Assembly (NCBI GenBank): GCA_964035545.1
Contig: OZ037768.1
Span: 2,450,741-2,514,740, forward strand
DNA length: 64,000 nucleotides
Source: Bugula neritina
Taxonomy: Eukaryota > Animalia > Bryozoa
Direction: 5' to 3'
The position numbers were made by a program, and so were the translations under genes. Positions within the stretch are counted from its first letter, which is position 1; the number at the start of each line of letters is the position of its first letter. This document shows, one piece after another, positions 38,686-52,150 of this stretch. A model generated the notes under the pieces. That model saw nothing but the letters and a program-made list of their open reading frames with translations. It did not search any database and was not told where the DNA came from.

Positions 38686-41600
38686 TTAGGGCGGCTTCTT
38701 TCTGGAGCGAGAGATGTGAAGTTTTTGTTGAGCTTTCTTGTGTGGTGCAACTAATACTACACTCATATCAGTTGATCTTTTGGTGGTGAGTTCATTTACT
38801 GTGGCCAGTGGAGGTAAGCGTTGTGACCTACAAAACAAGTAATGTCCCAGAGAAGTGTTGACAAAGTATACATCAAGGTTTTTGACCTGAATTCTTGAGT
38901 CATTGCCAGAGTGTAAAATACTTTGTGTTACTGCATTGGCAATAAATTTTCTAGCCCAAGTAGATATTTTTAAATATATTATTAGCATAGCAACGAGGGA
39001 CACAATATGAACCTACAAAATGAGTAAGTTAATACAGCTAGACATCTATGGACACATCACAGCTGCCATTTGTACATACCATTCAATAAGTAGGTAGTCT
39101 ACATGTGAAAACACTATGCATATGAAAAATTTAGAAACTTTCAGCTGTGTGCAGTGTGTGTGAGGGTGTGTGTATGAGTGTGTTACGTGAGTTGGTATTA
39201 GAGAGTAAAGGCATGCCTACCGTCAGCTAGCTGCAATAGACTGAGAACTGCTGCTTGTGGCTAAGGGGGGACGACCTGATGCACTACTTTCAACAGCTTT
39301 CTTCATCTGCTTTTTAAGCTTCACAATGTGGTTACTTGAAGTGCAACTGAAAACGGGGTGAGTGCAAATAGCATAACATATAAATTCAGAAAGTGAGAAA
39401 CAAAAAGCAAAATTGACATTTGTATTGCTTCTTAAAAGCAACAAATGAATGGCCAAATAAAAACAATTGAAATAATAGATATAAAAATTGTTTTTGTGCT
39501 CTTATAGCTCTTGGTGAACAAGACCTCTACAAGTACTAGAGTTTCCCAATACAAAATGGTACTTGGAGATATCATCAATCAGGTTACTTTGTTTGATCTC
39601 CCTTAAAACCCTCAGCCAACTAACTCACCCCAGAGCCAGCTGCGATGAGCTGAATGAGATTCTGCTGCTGGGAGGGCACCACTGATGTCTAGGGTCAGAG
39701 GTCGGGTTCTGTAGGTGAACTCTATTTCGACACGCTGCCTCAATTAAGGCTATTCCTACAAACAAATTATTTCAAACTCTGGAAACTGTGGCAAGAGTTT
39801 AGTCTGACCAATCACAACTTGGGCAGCTTTTGGCATTTAACAGACCTAGTTATTTATGAAACAAAAACGAATTATATTTCGGAAGACAGCATCAGTATAA
39901 ATAAAGTGCGTTTTAACATCGTTCAACATGTTTATAACTACTGCAGTCACTGATTACATTACACAGAGTCCCACAAAGTCACGTATCAGTCAAACCAAGC
40001 TTTCTATTTGAGAACTTGCAGCAAAACACTGAGAAAAATACTCTAGAAGCTGCAGAACAAAAAACTTGTGTTTTGAGTTTATTTTCAGAAAGTAATTTAC
40101 TGACCTTTCGCCTCGATCCTGTTGAAGCGCTGACACCACTGATCTAGAAAGAGGTTGTAGTAGCGATGAGTCTCAAAGTACCTCAGATATCTGTGAGTGG
40201 AAGGCGTAGGAAACACTCTTTGGAAAGATCCCTTCCTGCTATCCTCGTCAATAGACTCAATGAGTATCCTGATATCATCTGGAGTCAGAAGATCAATGAT
40301 GGTGCCCATCACCGCCTGCATAAATACACAACTGTGAGTTCAGGTTCTGGCTATGATAATTAAACCTTACAGTAAACGCATTCGAAGCTGGTTTTAAAGC
40401 AAGGACAAGCTAAATTTTATTTTAGTGTGGCTTACTTAATAAATGTTATGACGAACAGCAGACCTTAGAAATTTCAGAAATATTATTAAAAGATGACTTT
40501 GTTTTAATAAAGAAAAAATATTTTGAATAATTTCAATGCTGGTTTTAGCTTAAACCATGTTCCAGTTAAACAAATCAAAAGTATTAGGTTAATGTATAGC
40601 AGTGTTGAATATTTAGATGTGAACAAGAGCAGACAAGCACCTCATCTTGATATCTCTGAGAATAATATGAGTGTTTAGCTTTCTCATCTGCACTGAGGGA
40701 CTGTGGAAAGACTCTTTTATCGATGCAGTACCTGTTGCTCGGGGGAGACAACTTGCTAAAAGAATAGTCATAATATCTAATTTAACCACATACAATCATA
40801 CAATATACTATAATAACTATAAAACTTAATGCATTAATAATCCATCAATAAATCAATAAATGAATATCAGCGTGGCAGAGAGCCATTTGAATGTATAGAT
40901 TTCCGTTATTGCACTTTTCATGAAATAGAATGATCAAACTTGTATTTAAACAATTTCTGTATTTATTAAAATTAAAACATTTAGTATCATGGTGTTGTAT
41001 ATTACATAATTAAACAGTAAAATACAAGTAAACTTTGGGAAAAGGCAATCTAACTATTAGTTTATAGCAGACTCACTACTATTTCACTGCTAGAAACACT
41101 CACTAGTTTTCGTTGCTTGGATTAGCTACGAGGTCAGCTTTGTCAGGGATTCTAAAACCAGCCAGGTTGTGGAGGTCTTTAATCATACCACCCTTAATGT
41201 TGATATCTAGCTGTGAGTTGGAATGCAGACTAAAACACAGAAGAAGCAATATAAAATAGTCTTGTGGCACTACAATAACTTCAGAGATATACTAGCTTTA
41301 CATTTCATTGCCTTTCATCTTTAAAAAGTTACACGAAGAAAGTTAAACTCAGTAGGTAACCATAGTAACTACAACCTAAAAACCAACACAAATATAGGGA
41401 AGGCAAATCCTTTAACCTTTAGTATATTGCTACACAACTGGCTAAATAAATACACAGATTGGAATTGTACTACAATTCCTCTACCACCCATGTCAGATAT
41501 TACAAAGTAACTCGAAACACAAACATACCTTGGTGATATATTGACTTCCAATACCCAAGGCTTGTATGTCTCATCAAGTAAAATATCAAAACCGAAGAGC

Positions 41601-44600
41601 TCATGCACACTATATCTGCAAAACAAGAGTCTGAAAGTTGACCAATCAGATAGCTCAATATCATTTACTGCAATAAATGAGTTAACTAAATGGTATTTTA
41701 AAACTAAAAGGAAATTCAATTCTTAACAGTATCCTATGACACTGCTTAGAGATAGTTAATAGTTCTACCCATTGAACTATAACCCCCCCTGGAATGGCCA
41801 TTAGTTCATTGGTTCTACCTGTTCCTAACATTGCTCTTTATGTAGCTGTTGATAGATGACTCAGCTGATATAATAGTCTTCACTATTAGGTCTTTGATAT
41901 TCTTCCATATCTCATTTGTGTTCACACCTCTCTTGAGAAGATAACCCCACAGTGACTTCAAACTCCTACATTGAATGAGAAGACAATCCCAAGTATATTA
42001 TACAAGTTAAATATTTAGATTACCACTCTCTGCTTAGCCTTTTGATTTAAAGCAGATCTGATAGCGGGTAGATGATTTCTTATTTTACACTGTCAGGTGG
42101 GAGTGCATTATCTTTAGATTTAGGGCTATTATTTCACAAGTGTTTTTTTCTAAACATTCAACAATGATTGAAATCTCTAGCAACTATTAAGTAAAATGAA
42201 AACCCAGCTAGTATTCTATAAATCACATTATCATAAGTAATCGATAAAAAATCTTGATTTCACTGAGTTTCTGTACAGACCAACAAGTATTCAACTCATG
42301 AGAAAGAAAACAACTCCTATTTCTCATGGTTTATTTCCAAGGAAAGAGTATGGATAATAAAACACATGTTTACCATTTGTGTCCTTGACATATGGTGTCA
42401 TCAGCATTACTCTCGTACTCGGAGCTTTTCTTCTGCACACTGTAGTTGGTAAGGTGCATGTATTTATTACCAATGTCTTTCATTGAATGCGAGTATCTAT
42501 AATACATGATATACATAGTATACGGTGTATACATATTACACATGATATACAGTGTATTCATACTATAGAGCATATACATGATATACATGATACACAGTGT
42601 ATACACAGTATACAGCGTATACATACTATACAGTGTATGCATTATATACATGATAAACAGTGTATACACACTATACAACTATAATACATATGTATGAGCA
42701 TAAAATTAATCGTAAAACAAAATTGTTTCAACATGAAACCCTCACAAAGTTTGTAGATGATAGCTAAGATCTATATAAATATTTTATTACTAAACAAATG
42801 AATAGATTTTCTGTAATGTTCAACATCTTACTGAGTGAAGCTAAATGGCACACTTTTCAGAAGAAATGCACATATTGTGCTCACTGCAGCATAAAGATGA
42901 TTTGTATCGTGAGAGAAGGCAGTTAGACAGGGTCAGGACTTATCAAGTGTAATTGATTGACTGCATTGCTGGATTATATAATTTATTCTATTGGCTTCAT
43001 TCTAACCCAAAATGTCAAATAAACTTTGAAACAAAAGAACCATTTATAGCGGGTCACAATGATATGTTTATTGAACCCCCAGTGTTTGCTGCTGCATTGT
43101 TTTAGTACTATGCTACATTTTCATGGTTGGGAAAATACAAGATTCTGTGAATACGTAGTTCATTCAAATAATGAGGCTATTGTAATATATTATTAGGACC
43201 TGAGTAACATACAGCTCTAAGTGTACCAGGACAGGTCTAAAATACAGTGCCTAAACCTGCAGCACATTTCATCCCATAAGGAGATATCAAACAAACCAAA
43301 TATGGACACAAGAAAAATTTATGATATATTAAAATTAGTAAAATTGCTGTGTTCCCTAAGGTTGACAAGAACAGTGTAGTGAGCTTCACAGATGGAGCAG
43401 CAACAGCCAACACCAATTTTTGAATTAAATTAGAGCGCTGGAGGGGGGGGGGGCAGAGGGCTTTGCAATATTCATCAAAACTGAATTAGCATGAGATATA
43501 CTAAGACTGACTGGAATATACTAAGATATATTGGAATATACTAAGGTACACTAGAATATACTAAAGTAGACTGGGATAGACTGGGATAGACTGGGATAGA
43601 CTGAGAGCCAGTACTCACTTTGTGGAACATATTCTGACTAGACCATCTTCATAGACATAGATTCTGAGAGGATCGAGGCTGGTTACATAGACGTACACAC
43701 GGCAATCAAACTTGCTGTCATTAATCAGCAAAGGCCTTGCCAAATACTTCTGCACAATGACAGGTCTCTTCTTAGGAATCTGGTTCCATTTATTGACTAC
43801 TTTGATTCCAATACCTCTAGCAGACGCCGGCTACAACATCCCATGTGACTGTTACAGTCCCTACTTCTACAGTACACATTCTTATAGTGAGGGTATTATA
43901 TGGTTCATTTAGTATTGAAGATTAGGAAAGTAAAGTATCAAAACTGTTGTATTTAATCAACACTGAAGATAAGGGCAATTCAGCACTTTAAGCTGTCGCT
44001 ATTGACCACCATTTAAGCTATAAACGTATTATTTTATACACAGACTATGCTTACTACATGTCTCTTTCATACAACTACAACAGATGTATTGTGGAAATCA
44101 TTTAGAGGCAAGCATTCTTATTATTTAGTAAAATATAAAGAAGTACTTTTAAAATTAGTTTCAACGCATTGCTGTATGCAAAGCAGATAAATTGACTCGT
44201 TACAATAATTGTTTAAAACTCAAACAACATATTTCTTATCAGGACAATAAGGTTCAACCAAATTACTTCGCTACTCAATTTTATAGCAATCAAAAATGCA
44301 TTATCTAGGCTAGTCATTACAGCCCAAATATTAGTATATATTAATATATAATTCACATTTATTCAACTCAAACGCATATGCAAGTCAACCAACTTAGCAG
44401 AGACCACAGCCCCATACTGTGTGACGAGTTCTATCATAAACTTACCGGTTTGATTATCCACTTAGCCTTCCCCCCTCCGTCTTCCCAGGCTCTCTTTAAA
44501 CCTTTTATATCATAGGGTAGAACATAAGTAGTCGGGAAGAAGCTAAACTCTTTTTTCCCAAAAGAAACCTACAATTAAAAAGCAAATGTATGCAGATTAT

Positions 44601-47600
44601 AGTCTGGGGACATGAATATCATCAATTAAATATTGGTAGTTATCCCCCACTAGTTGTGATCGAGTCTTAAAATTAACCAACTTGAAGTTTTGAAAGATTT
44701 CTCCACAATCTATCTTTTCTTCCGATTTGAAATGAGCCTGGAAAGTGATTCAGCTTTTGATATTCTCTGATAGACTTAAAACCAGGTGCTTTCATGTGCT
44801 TGCCCCAGCACCCTAGCCAATCATAATGCTCTAAAATATACACATATGTTATACAAAAACTATGACAAGGAAACAATTTTGTAGATCTTTTAAGTAGGTG
44901 CAAAGAGAATTCTTGCCAAACTTCATTTTCTATTCTTACAAGACAATTATTGATAAGAGCTCATTGCACGTCTGCACCATGAATAGTCATGTTCCTTGAG
45001 TTATTCAAAGATATTTACTATGATAGTAACTATACAAATTAGCATTTCAGCCCTAATCACAATATGAAATGCAATATTTGTTCAAGTAATAACACCTACT
45101 TTAATAACACTGGTTTAATATGTTTTATTGCCAAGTGGTCTGACAAATCAGTACATTTTATGACTGAGCAAATTCTAAGTTGTCAGCAAATATTTACTCA
45201 ATTCCCATACAGATACAGCCAACAGCACTTATAACTACTCTAATACAATTGAATTGTGCATTGTATTGTGTGTAATGAAAATATTCATAGTAACAGTATG
45301 ATTAATTAATATCATAACAAATAGGGAAGTTATGCAGAGTTTTGTGTTACACAGCCCATAAAAATTAAAAGTTGAACAAACCCATAAAATTGTAAGAATA
45401 AAAAACATGTCACACCTTCTATACTAATATGAATACATAAATTAACCTCAGTATTAATACTCTCCATGTCAACATCTACATTTTCTGACAAAAAACTTTT
45501 AGATTATCATTAAATTAGGAGTCTTACTTTTGGTGGGACGAAAATTACTTCTGTTCACCACGTGTCTGACTATGTTGGGAGTTATGGAGCACATTCTCCA
45601 TTTTAGGAGTCGTCGGTACTCCCAGGGCAGCTGCTCAACTATAACACCAAACAAAACACTGCAATGACAAGCTCACTCGCCTATAATATTCACATGCTAA
45701 TACAAATCATGAATAAAAATATTGGAGATGTGGCCATTCACATCAGTGTTAGAAAATTTCATTTTGATCTTTTCTGTCTTCAATTATACTTGTTCTCAAA
45801 AATTGTTACTCATACATGAAACAACAATTTATAATTAATATTAACATCACTTTTAAAGAAAAGTAAGTACATTACAATAATTAGTTATTAAAGAGTTGAG
45901 TGTCACAATGGGGAGACAATCAACAAAACTGATACTAAAATTCTTGATTTTATCAAAAAGCCTCGAGGAAAACTTCATACATGTAATACGTTGGACACGC
46001 AGTGAATGTACCATATAATACGCTGGGGTTGTTTACCTCTCTCATTTTCAGTGACAAAGTTTATGTACGGAGGGACGTTAGGAAAGAGACTCTTTATCAG
46101 AGCAGGCTGAGTATTATCATGGTAGGAGGAGTGAGTGCGCCGTCTGGCTGACTTCATTCTGATTGGTTGATTAGGATTGCTACGAACTCGGAGTATTCCC
46201 AGAGAAGCTGACCTCACCCTAGCACTGTGTCTCAGACTAGCCGAGACAGAGGCTGAGCTCAGCGAATCGGAATCTAGAGAATGCAAGCAAACAAACCATA
46301 CCATCTAGCTGTTCACTTTCACTGTATGTAAACTAAATATTCTGAAATTGTCACTGTTAATCTAAATATAAGCTTTTGATGAATAAGCTTCACATACACA
46401 TGTTTGTACAATATGCTAGCAAAGGATAAAGTATTCTATATAAAATTAAGTGAGTTATACTGTGAGAGGTTTATGTTTCTCTAGCAGCATTTACTTTCTG
46501 TACTATATGATGTGAACCAATTATAATGAGTTAACGAGTCCGTGAATCAGTGAGTTAGTAAGTTAGTGAGTTAGTAAGTTAGTGAGTCAGTGAGTTAGTT
46601 AGTTAGTAAATCAGTGAGTTAGTAAGTCAGTGAGTCAGTAAGTCAGTGAGTTAGTAAGCTAGTGAGTTAGTCAGCTAGTGAGTTAGTCAGCCAGTGAATG
46701 AGTTAGTCTGTTCATATGATTTATACATATATATGCATTTCTTCTCCCTCAAAATTAAAAGTTAAGCCTAGAAAAGTTTGATGAATATTCAGCTATGAGT
46801 TACTTGACCAGAACACTGACCATCATCTGGTCCCTCTACGTCATCATCCAGTCCATAAATGTCGTCAACTTCCTCGTCATCGTCCTCTTCGTCCTCGAAA
46901 TCATCGTCTGCTTCCAGCTCGTCTGCTTCACCATCTCCAGGAAACCTTTCGCTAAAATTATCAATGCCTTTAAAATTAACGGAAAGCCTACATACCTTTT
47001 ATTATGGAGTATAAGTGAATGAAACCATTGCAATTTACATTTAGCAAAAGAAGAAAGTAGTTATGCCCAGGCATGTAATGGTTATCTTAATCTTCCAGTT
47101 TGAAAACAAGTTGATAGGATGATTAAACATACTCTTTAATGGAGCAATTTTGATTTGTTAACTTTTTAAATCACTGTAAATGGATGTGTATGCATCATAA
47201 CTTATGTGCTAATCTATAATATATAAATTGCTAGTCTGAAAAGTGATATGAAGAATGATATATGCAGACATAATGGTGCACTGAATGTGACTGTGTCATT
47301 CACAACATACTTGAGCTTACACTGTTTAGCCAGGGCAGCACTTTGTGCTGTTGGCAAGAATTATCTATCCACTCATGGCTGCCTAGCTACGGAGTTTCAA
47401 ACTATTATTTAAACTTAAGTGAATCAATAAATATGAAGTATCAGACAAAACTACAGGCATAACCTTTACAGTTTAGGCAATGAAATTATGCAAGAAAGTA
47501 GTTAAAGATAAAAGCAATGAGCTAGGCTAGACTGAAAAATAAATTACATAGTTTATAGGGAAAAATTATAAATTTTCATATCTTCAACTTTTAAAATAAC

Positions 47601-50086
47601 TTTTAGCATTATTGAGTCAAGCAATGGGCTAAGCGAATGTTCTTAGCTCAAAATTAGAATTACTGCAGATTCACCATTTAAACACATTGTATTTGTTAGA
47701 ACACAAGGTGCATTTTTTTTAGCAAAATCCAAACTTGAGACAACATTTCTAATAAAGGAAGTGACCAATTACCAAGTTAAACAGATTTGCCCCAAACTAA
47801 CAGCTCTACACGACATATTACAAATCTAACTCAGTGAGATTCAGTGATTTTATACATAACTAAATCTGAACAGCTAACCTCAAGTCTGAGTTTGAGTCTT
47901 CATCGTCGTCTGCAACTCCTTGTGCTGCCGATACAGAGCCACTGCGACTCAATGATTTCCTATCCGTGGCTGACGAAGTGTTGCTGGAAGTTGTCTTCCC
48001 ACTCTGGTGTCGCTTCAGAGACGTTGCCGAAGTTTCCGTCACTACGCTGTCTCTTCCCTCACACGCTGGTCTCGGCTCGGCAATCTTAATCTCAGGTTTA
48101 CTAGATTTCCTGTCATAGGAGTTCAAAATGAGTTTCAAATACGACTAGTATAAAGTTTACTGACACATTTACTAGACATCATAGTACAAACAACTTCCAG
48201 CTAAGCGTCATCAGTTATAATTCAACAATAGTAGACATCAACATTATAACTTGCTTTGTGTTTACAGACTTTTAAAATATATTTAGTTTTGCTTTTGTTT
48301 TTAAAAAGTTTATTTGTTGCTCAATTTTTAATGAAAAGGTTTTGGGTCAACAGCGACTCAAAATTCTGCAACTAAAGTCAGCAACTGCTGACAGAGACAA
48401 GGTCGCTGTGATTTGTTATTTGCAAACAGTGACAGGCATTTCTATGCTGTCAGTAACTGCTAGAATAGACATATATAAGTGATACAATCTTGCAAATAAA
48501 TCAATACATCAATAACCAAATGCTAAGCTAGATTTAATTGCCAAAGAATCCAACATCAAAGGGCCCAGACAATGGAGCAATTATAATTTAGCTTACACAA
48601 ATAGAAAGATATATTCAATATCTACCCAAGTGCAAATAATGTGCACCTGACAAGGTCTTTGATTATGTAACAACCATTGTGTGCAATGAGCTGTCTACAG
48701 AATTTCACTCTTTGTAAGAAGAGCCTGAGTGTGAGTGAGAGAGACACTTTCAGATATACTGAAACTCCAACCAGTAATAATAGATGGGACAAAAAAAGAA
48801 CAAAAGCTATAATTTTTTTCATGAAAATTAATAGCTATAGCTAATTTGTTTTAATGAAAAAATGAACTGCTCAATATTACACAAAAATTAACAGTCTTGA
48901 GAGTAAACTATATGATTGAGGCTTACAGATAGTATGTTGTTGCTGAATCCACTCTCTTAGAATGTCTGCTGCCAGCAGAGGAGCTACCAGAGCCTTTGCC
49001 TGCACTAGAGCAAGAGACCGCAGAAATGGGTCTTACTGCTGCGGCAGTGTTTACAGTATTTGTATTAGCGAGAGCTGTCGGTATCGTAGGAGTCAATTTA
49101 GTGCAGATGAGTTGGTTGCTGCCTGAATGTACTGTGTGAGTAGAGTTTGGTCTGTCTAAAGACTCGCTAGACGAATGCTGTGAAAGAGTGTTTCGATTAA
49201 CCAAAGAAGAAGCTCGTGATAATGTGCTTATTGCTTTCGATATTCTATGGTTCAAACCTTCCTCACCATCCTGCTTGGTTCGTTGATCTGACACCATTTT
49301 GAAATCTTCCTCTTCATTGGTTAACACCTCCTCGTATGGTTTCGCGGGACTGTAGTTGGGATTTCTAACAGAAGAGCTTCTTGGCCTACGTAATGATGAT
49401 GGTGGTCTGGTACCTCTATCTGGCCCTGCTGCAGGCTTGGCTAGAGTCGCTTCAAACTTCTCTTTCGCTGATTGTGTCATCACTGTGTTTGCTTCTGCCG
49501 AGTGAATAGAAACAACCTTAGTTGTAGTTACAGTGTTATGGTTGTTTACATTTACTGGAAGACTTGAAGAGTTTGCAGAAGATGTGTCCAAGGGTTGCTT
49601 GGGAGAAGCATCAGGGGTTTTAGCCGTTTTGAAGAGAGAAATATTGCTCATGTTTGTAGCGTGCATGCTGTTAGCTAAACTACCAGCTAATGTTGAATTC
49701 ATGATGTGATTTAGAGTTTTGGTCCTTTCAAGTCCTAGAGTCATCAGATCCTTAGCACTCAGTGGCCTAGCATAAGGGTCGTCAGGGGGTACGTACCCAA
49801 AGTGCACAGGACTGGCAGTGACTTTACGTGCAGAAGGAGCATTTGTGGAAGAAATTGTCTTCTTATTTTGTAGCACCCTTGACGGACTGTTTGGAGCACT
49901 ATTAACTAAACCAGGTTTTAAATCAGGGTTTTGGTACAGGTATATGGGGCCAGGCTCTGAGTTGCTGTACTTCAATAGTGGCTTTTCTATTTGAGGTCTC
50001 TGTGGTAGTTGCTTTGAACGAACAGAAAGATTGTCTATTGAGGATATCAATGAGTTCAGAGTATTATTGCTTCCTGGATCCATCAT
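38686..50086 (-). CDS. TTLL4: Tubulin glutamylase TTLL4 (ends at TGA 39223 or at TAA 38686, see findings)
   Basis: Exons (minus): 50086-48927, 48109-47879, 46951-46821, 46273-46037, 45638-45528, 44830-44682, 44568-44446, 43830-43619, 42496-42374, 41965-41819, 41615-41529, 41229-41104, 40755-40641, 40315-40105, 39755-39629, 39346-39221, 38827-38686. TTL-domain motifs [58 protein letters not shown] and [11 protein letters not shown]...LEVNISPSLHS are TTLL4-diagnostic. Confidence 0.96.
42498..42690. repeat. Degenerate 9-bp repeat (TACATGATA/TACACAGTA) abutting a TTLL4 acceptor
   Basis: Periodic units; source of the repetitive N-terminus of ORF 42370-42678. Confidence 0.75.
43495..43606. repeat. 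10/20-bp degenerate repeat (ATATACTAAG / ATAGACTGGG) just after a TTLL4 donor
   Basis: Tandem units read directly. Confidence 0.7.
46546..46707. repeat. 8-bp repeat AGTRAGTY in a TTLL4 intron
   Basis: agtgagtt/agtaagtt/agtgagtc units. Confidence 0.85.
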
Positions 50087-51399
50087 CACTCAGACAAGTT
50101 CAATTTGAGTAAAGTACCACTTTCTTTCAGAGAACTACTCTCTTAAGTGAATGCTATCATGATTCTCTCTTCCCATTGTGCTAAAACAGTATAAACAGTG
50201 TACTAACAAACATTTGTTATGAAACCTAAAGTAATGAGCCAAAATCATATTGTTTAAATTCATGTTTTTTTGCCTTAAAAATGACAAGTTGATTTTTATT
50301 TATGCTTGAAACTTTTACAAACTTTTAAAACTATATTTAACATGCAAACTATATTAAAAAAATTATTTAGGAGTATTTACAACAACTTTTAGCTATACTT
50401 AAACACAGTATTATAATTACAGATGAACAATTAAATCCTAGTATAACATAGCTTCAGGCTTCATTTCATACACAAGCAGAGCTATGTCAAATTTAACAGT
50501 TTGGTGCATTTTTCTAGCATTGAAGTAGATGAATTACCATAATTTTTGTATTATAGCTGTTAGTCAAAATATAAATAAAATGACTTGCTTTTCGAGAAAA
50601 AAAAATCAAACCGTTCAACAAAAGAAACAAGTGTAATAGTCAATATCATAGATAAATAGTGACAATTATTATCATTATCAGTCTCTTACTAAATAGGCTC
50701 AAATTTAAAGCTGATGATGCCAATTTATGTTATTCACCAAGGCCAAAGTTAATACTAACAGTGATGATACTAACTCTATTTGAAATGTGCTAACTTAAAC
50801 TGCATCACTAATTCTAAGTTGAAGTGCAAGTATAAGTATTAGATGTGATGTAGCTACGACAGATCTAAGCTAAAAATGATAATGTAACTTAACCCATAGG
50901 CTATAAGTATAACTTATAGCATAAGTAATGATATTAAACTATGTCTACTACAATCATTTACTAATATCAATATTTAAGTAAATTTTTGTATAATTAATAT
51001 AACAATATGAATAATATTAATAAAATTCGATATAATTTTATTTTAATTTATAGTATTAACTAATCATTTTTATTTCAACTTGTTTACGCAGTCTCGATCT
51101 GCTAAGCAATGAACAGTTGATTGAAAGGCTCACCAGTGACTAGAAATGGAAGTTAACCTATAACACAAAACAAATAAAATTAAAAGTTGAAACAAAAATT
51201 GAAACTGTTGATGTTGAAAATAAAATTAATTTATTACACATTATATTGAACTCTAAGTCATTAAAACATTTTACTCACACAGTCACCTAAAACAAAATTA
51301 TTAATTGAAAAAATAAGCTTTACACTTTTAGTTAGCTGCCTCTCTTTGTACGTGAACATCATCAATATGATTATGACTGAACACTCACTTCAACATGCA

Positions 51400-51605
51400 A
51401 TTTATACTTTGCCAAGGTAACAAAATAGTCACACAGGACTTCAGCTCATGCGCATAATAAAACTCTCGCAGTCATAGCGATGTCTATGATACCCAGCGAA
51501 TCACAAACATTTAGCTTCCACCAATCAACTTGTGTTTAGCAAAACCCAATAAATTATCCAATTAGATGCTTCATTATTCCCAACTTCAGATTACAGTATT
51601 GGTAT
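51400..51605. promoter_or_regulatory. Divergent TTLL4 / CFAP20DC promoter with RFX X-box-like, NRF1-like and CCAAT motifs
   Basis: TTTGCCAAGGTAAC at 51408-51421 (X-box consensus GTNRCC-n-RGYAAC, one mismatch), CATGCGCAT at 51447-51455, and several CCAAT/ATTGG at 51520-51602. The region lies between the divergent coding starts. Confidence 0.55.
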
Positions 51606-51779
51606 AAAAATTTGATATAATATTCATATTGCTCTTTCAATATCAATATGAATATGCTCAGATGGTGTAGAAGATTTTAATTTGTAAATTGTACGCTTAC
51701 CACAATGCTTTTTCCTATCTTATTTTATAAATATATATTGTTCGTATTGTATAATACTTATATTACAACTATGCCTATG

Positions 51780-52150
51780 CAGTATGCTATAAGTGTAAGT
51801 GTAAGACTAAGTTGCCACTAAGTCTAAGTGTAACTGTAAGTCAAAGTGAAAGTGAAGGTATCACAATCAGTATCACAATGACTATCAGTATGAGTATCAG
51901 TATCACTTATAGCATCAGTGACTCAGACTGTCAGTATCACTATGACTATCACTATCAGTGTGACTATGAGTATGACTATCATACTTATACTAATAGTAAT
52001 ACTTTCGTAGTGATAGTCACTATCACTATGATCTACGACAGTATCAGTATGAGTATTACTATCAGTATGATTATGAGACTGGGTATCAGTCTGAGCCACT
52101 ATCAGCATCACTATGAGTATAACTATCACTATGATATTGATAGTGACTAT
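51780..52150. repeat. Degenerate hexamer repeat (AGTATC/ACTATC/AGTATG)
   Basis: 6-bp periodicity; source of spurious ORFs 51812-52438 and 51923-52129. Confidence 0.8.

Noticed and set aside
38220-39225. Selenocysteine reading of the TTLL4 TGA
   Set aside because: No SECIS core (AUGA...AA...GA stem) was evident by eye in the 3' UTR, the context is low-complexity and non-catalytic, and TTLL4 is not a known selenoprotein. A SECISearch run would settle it.
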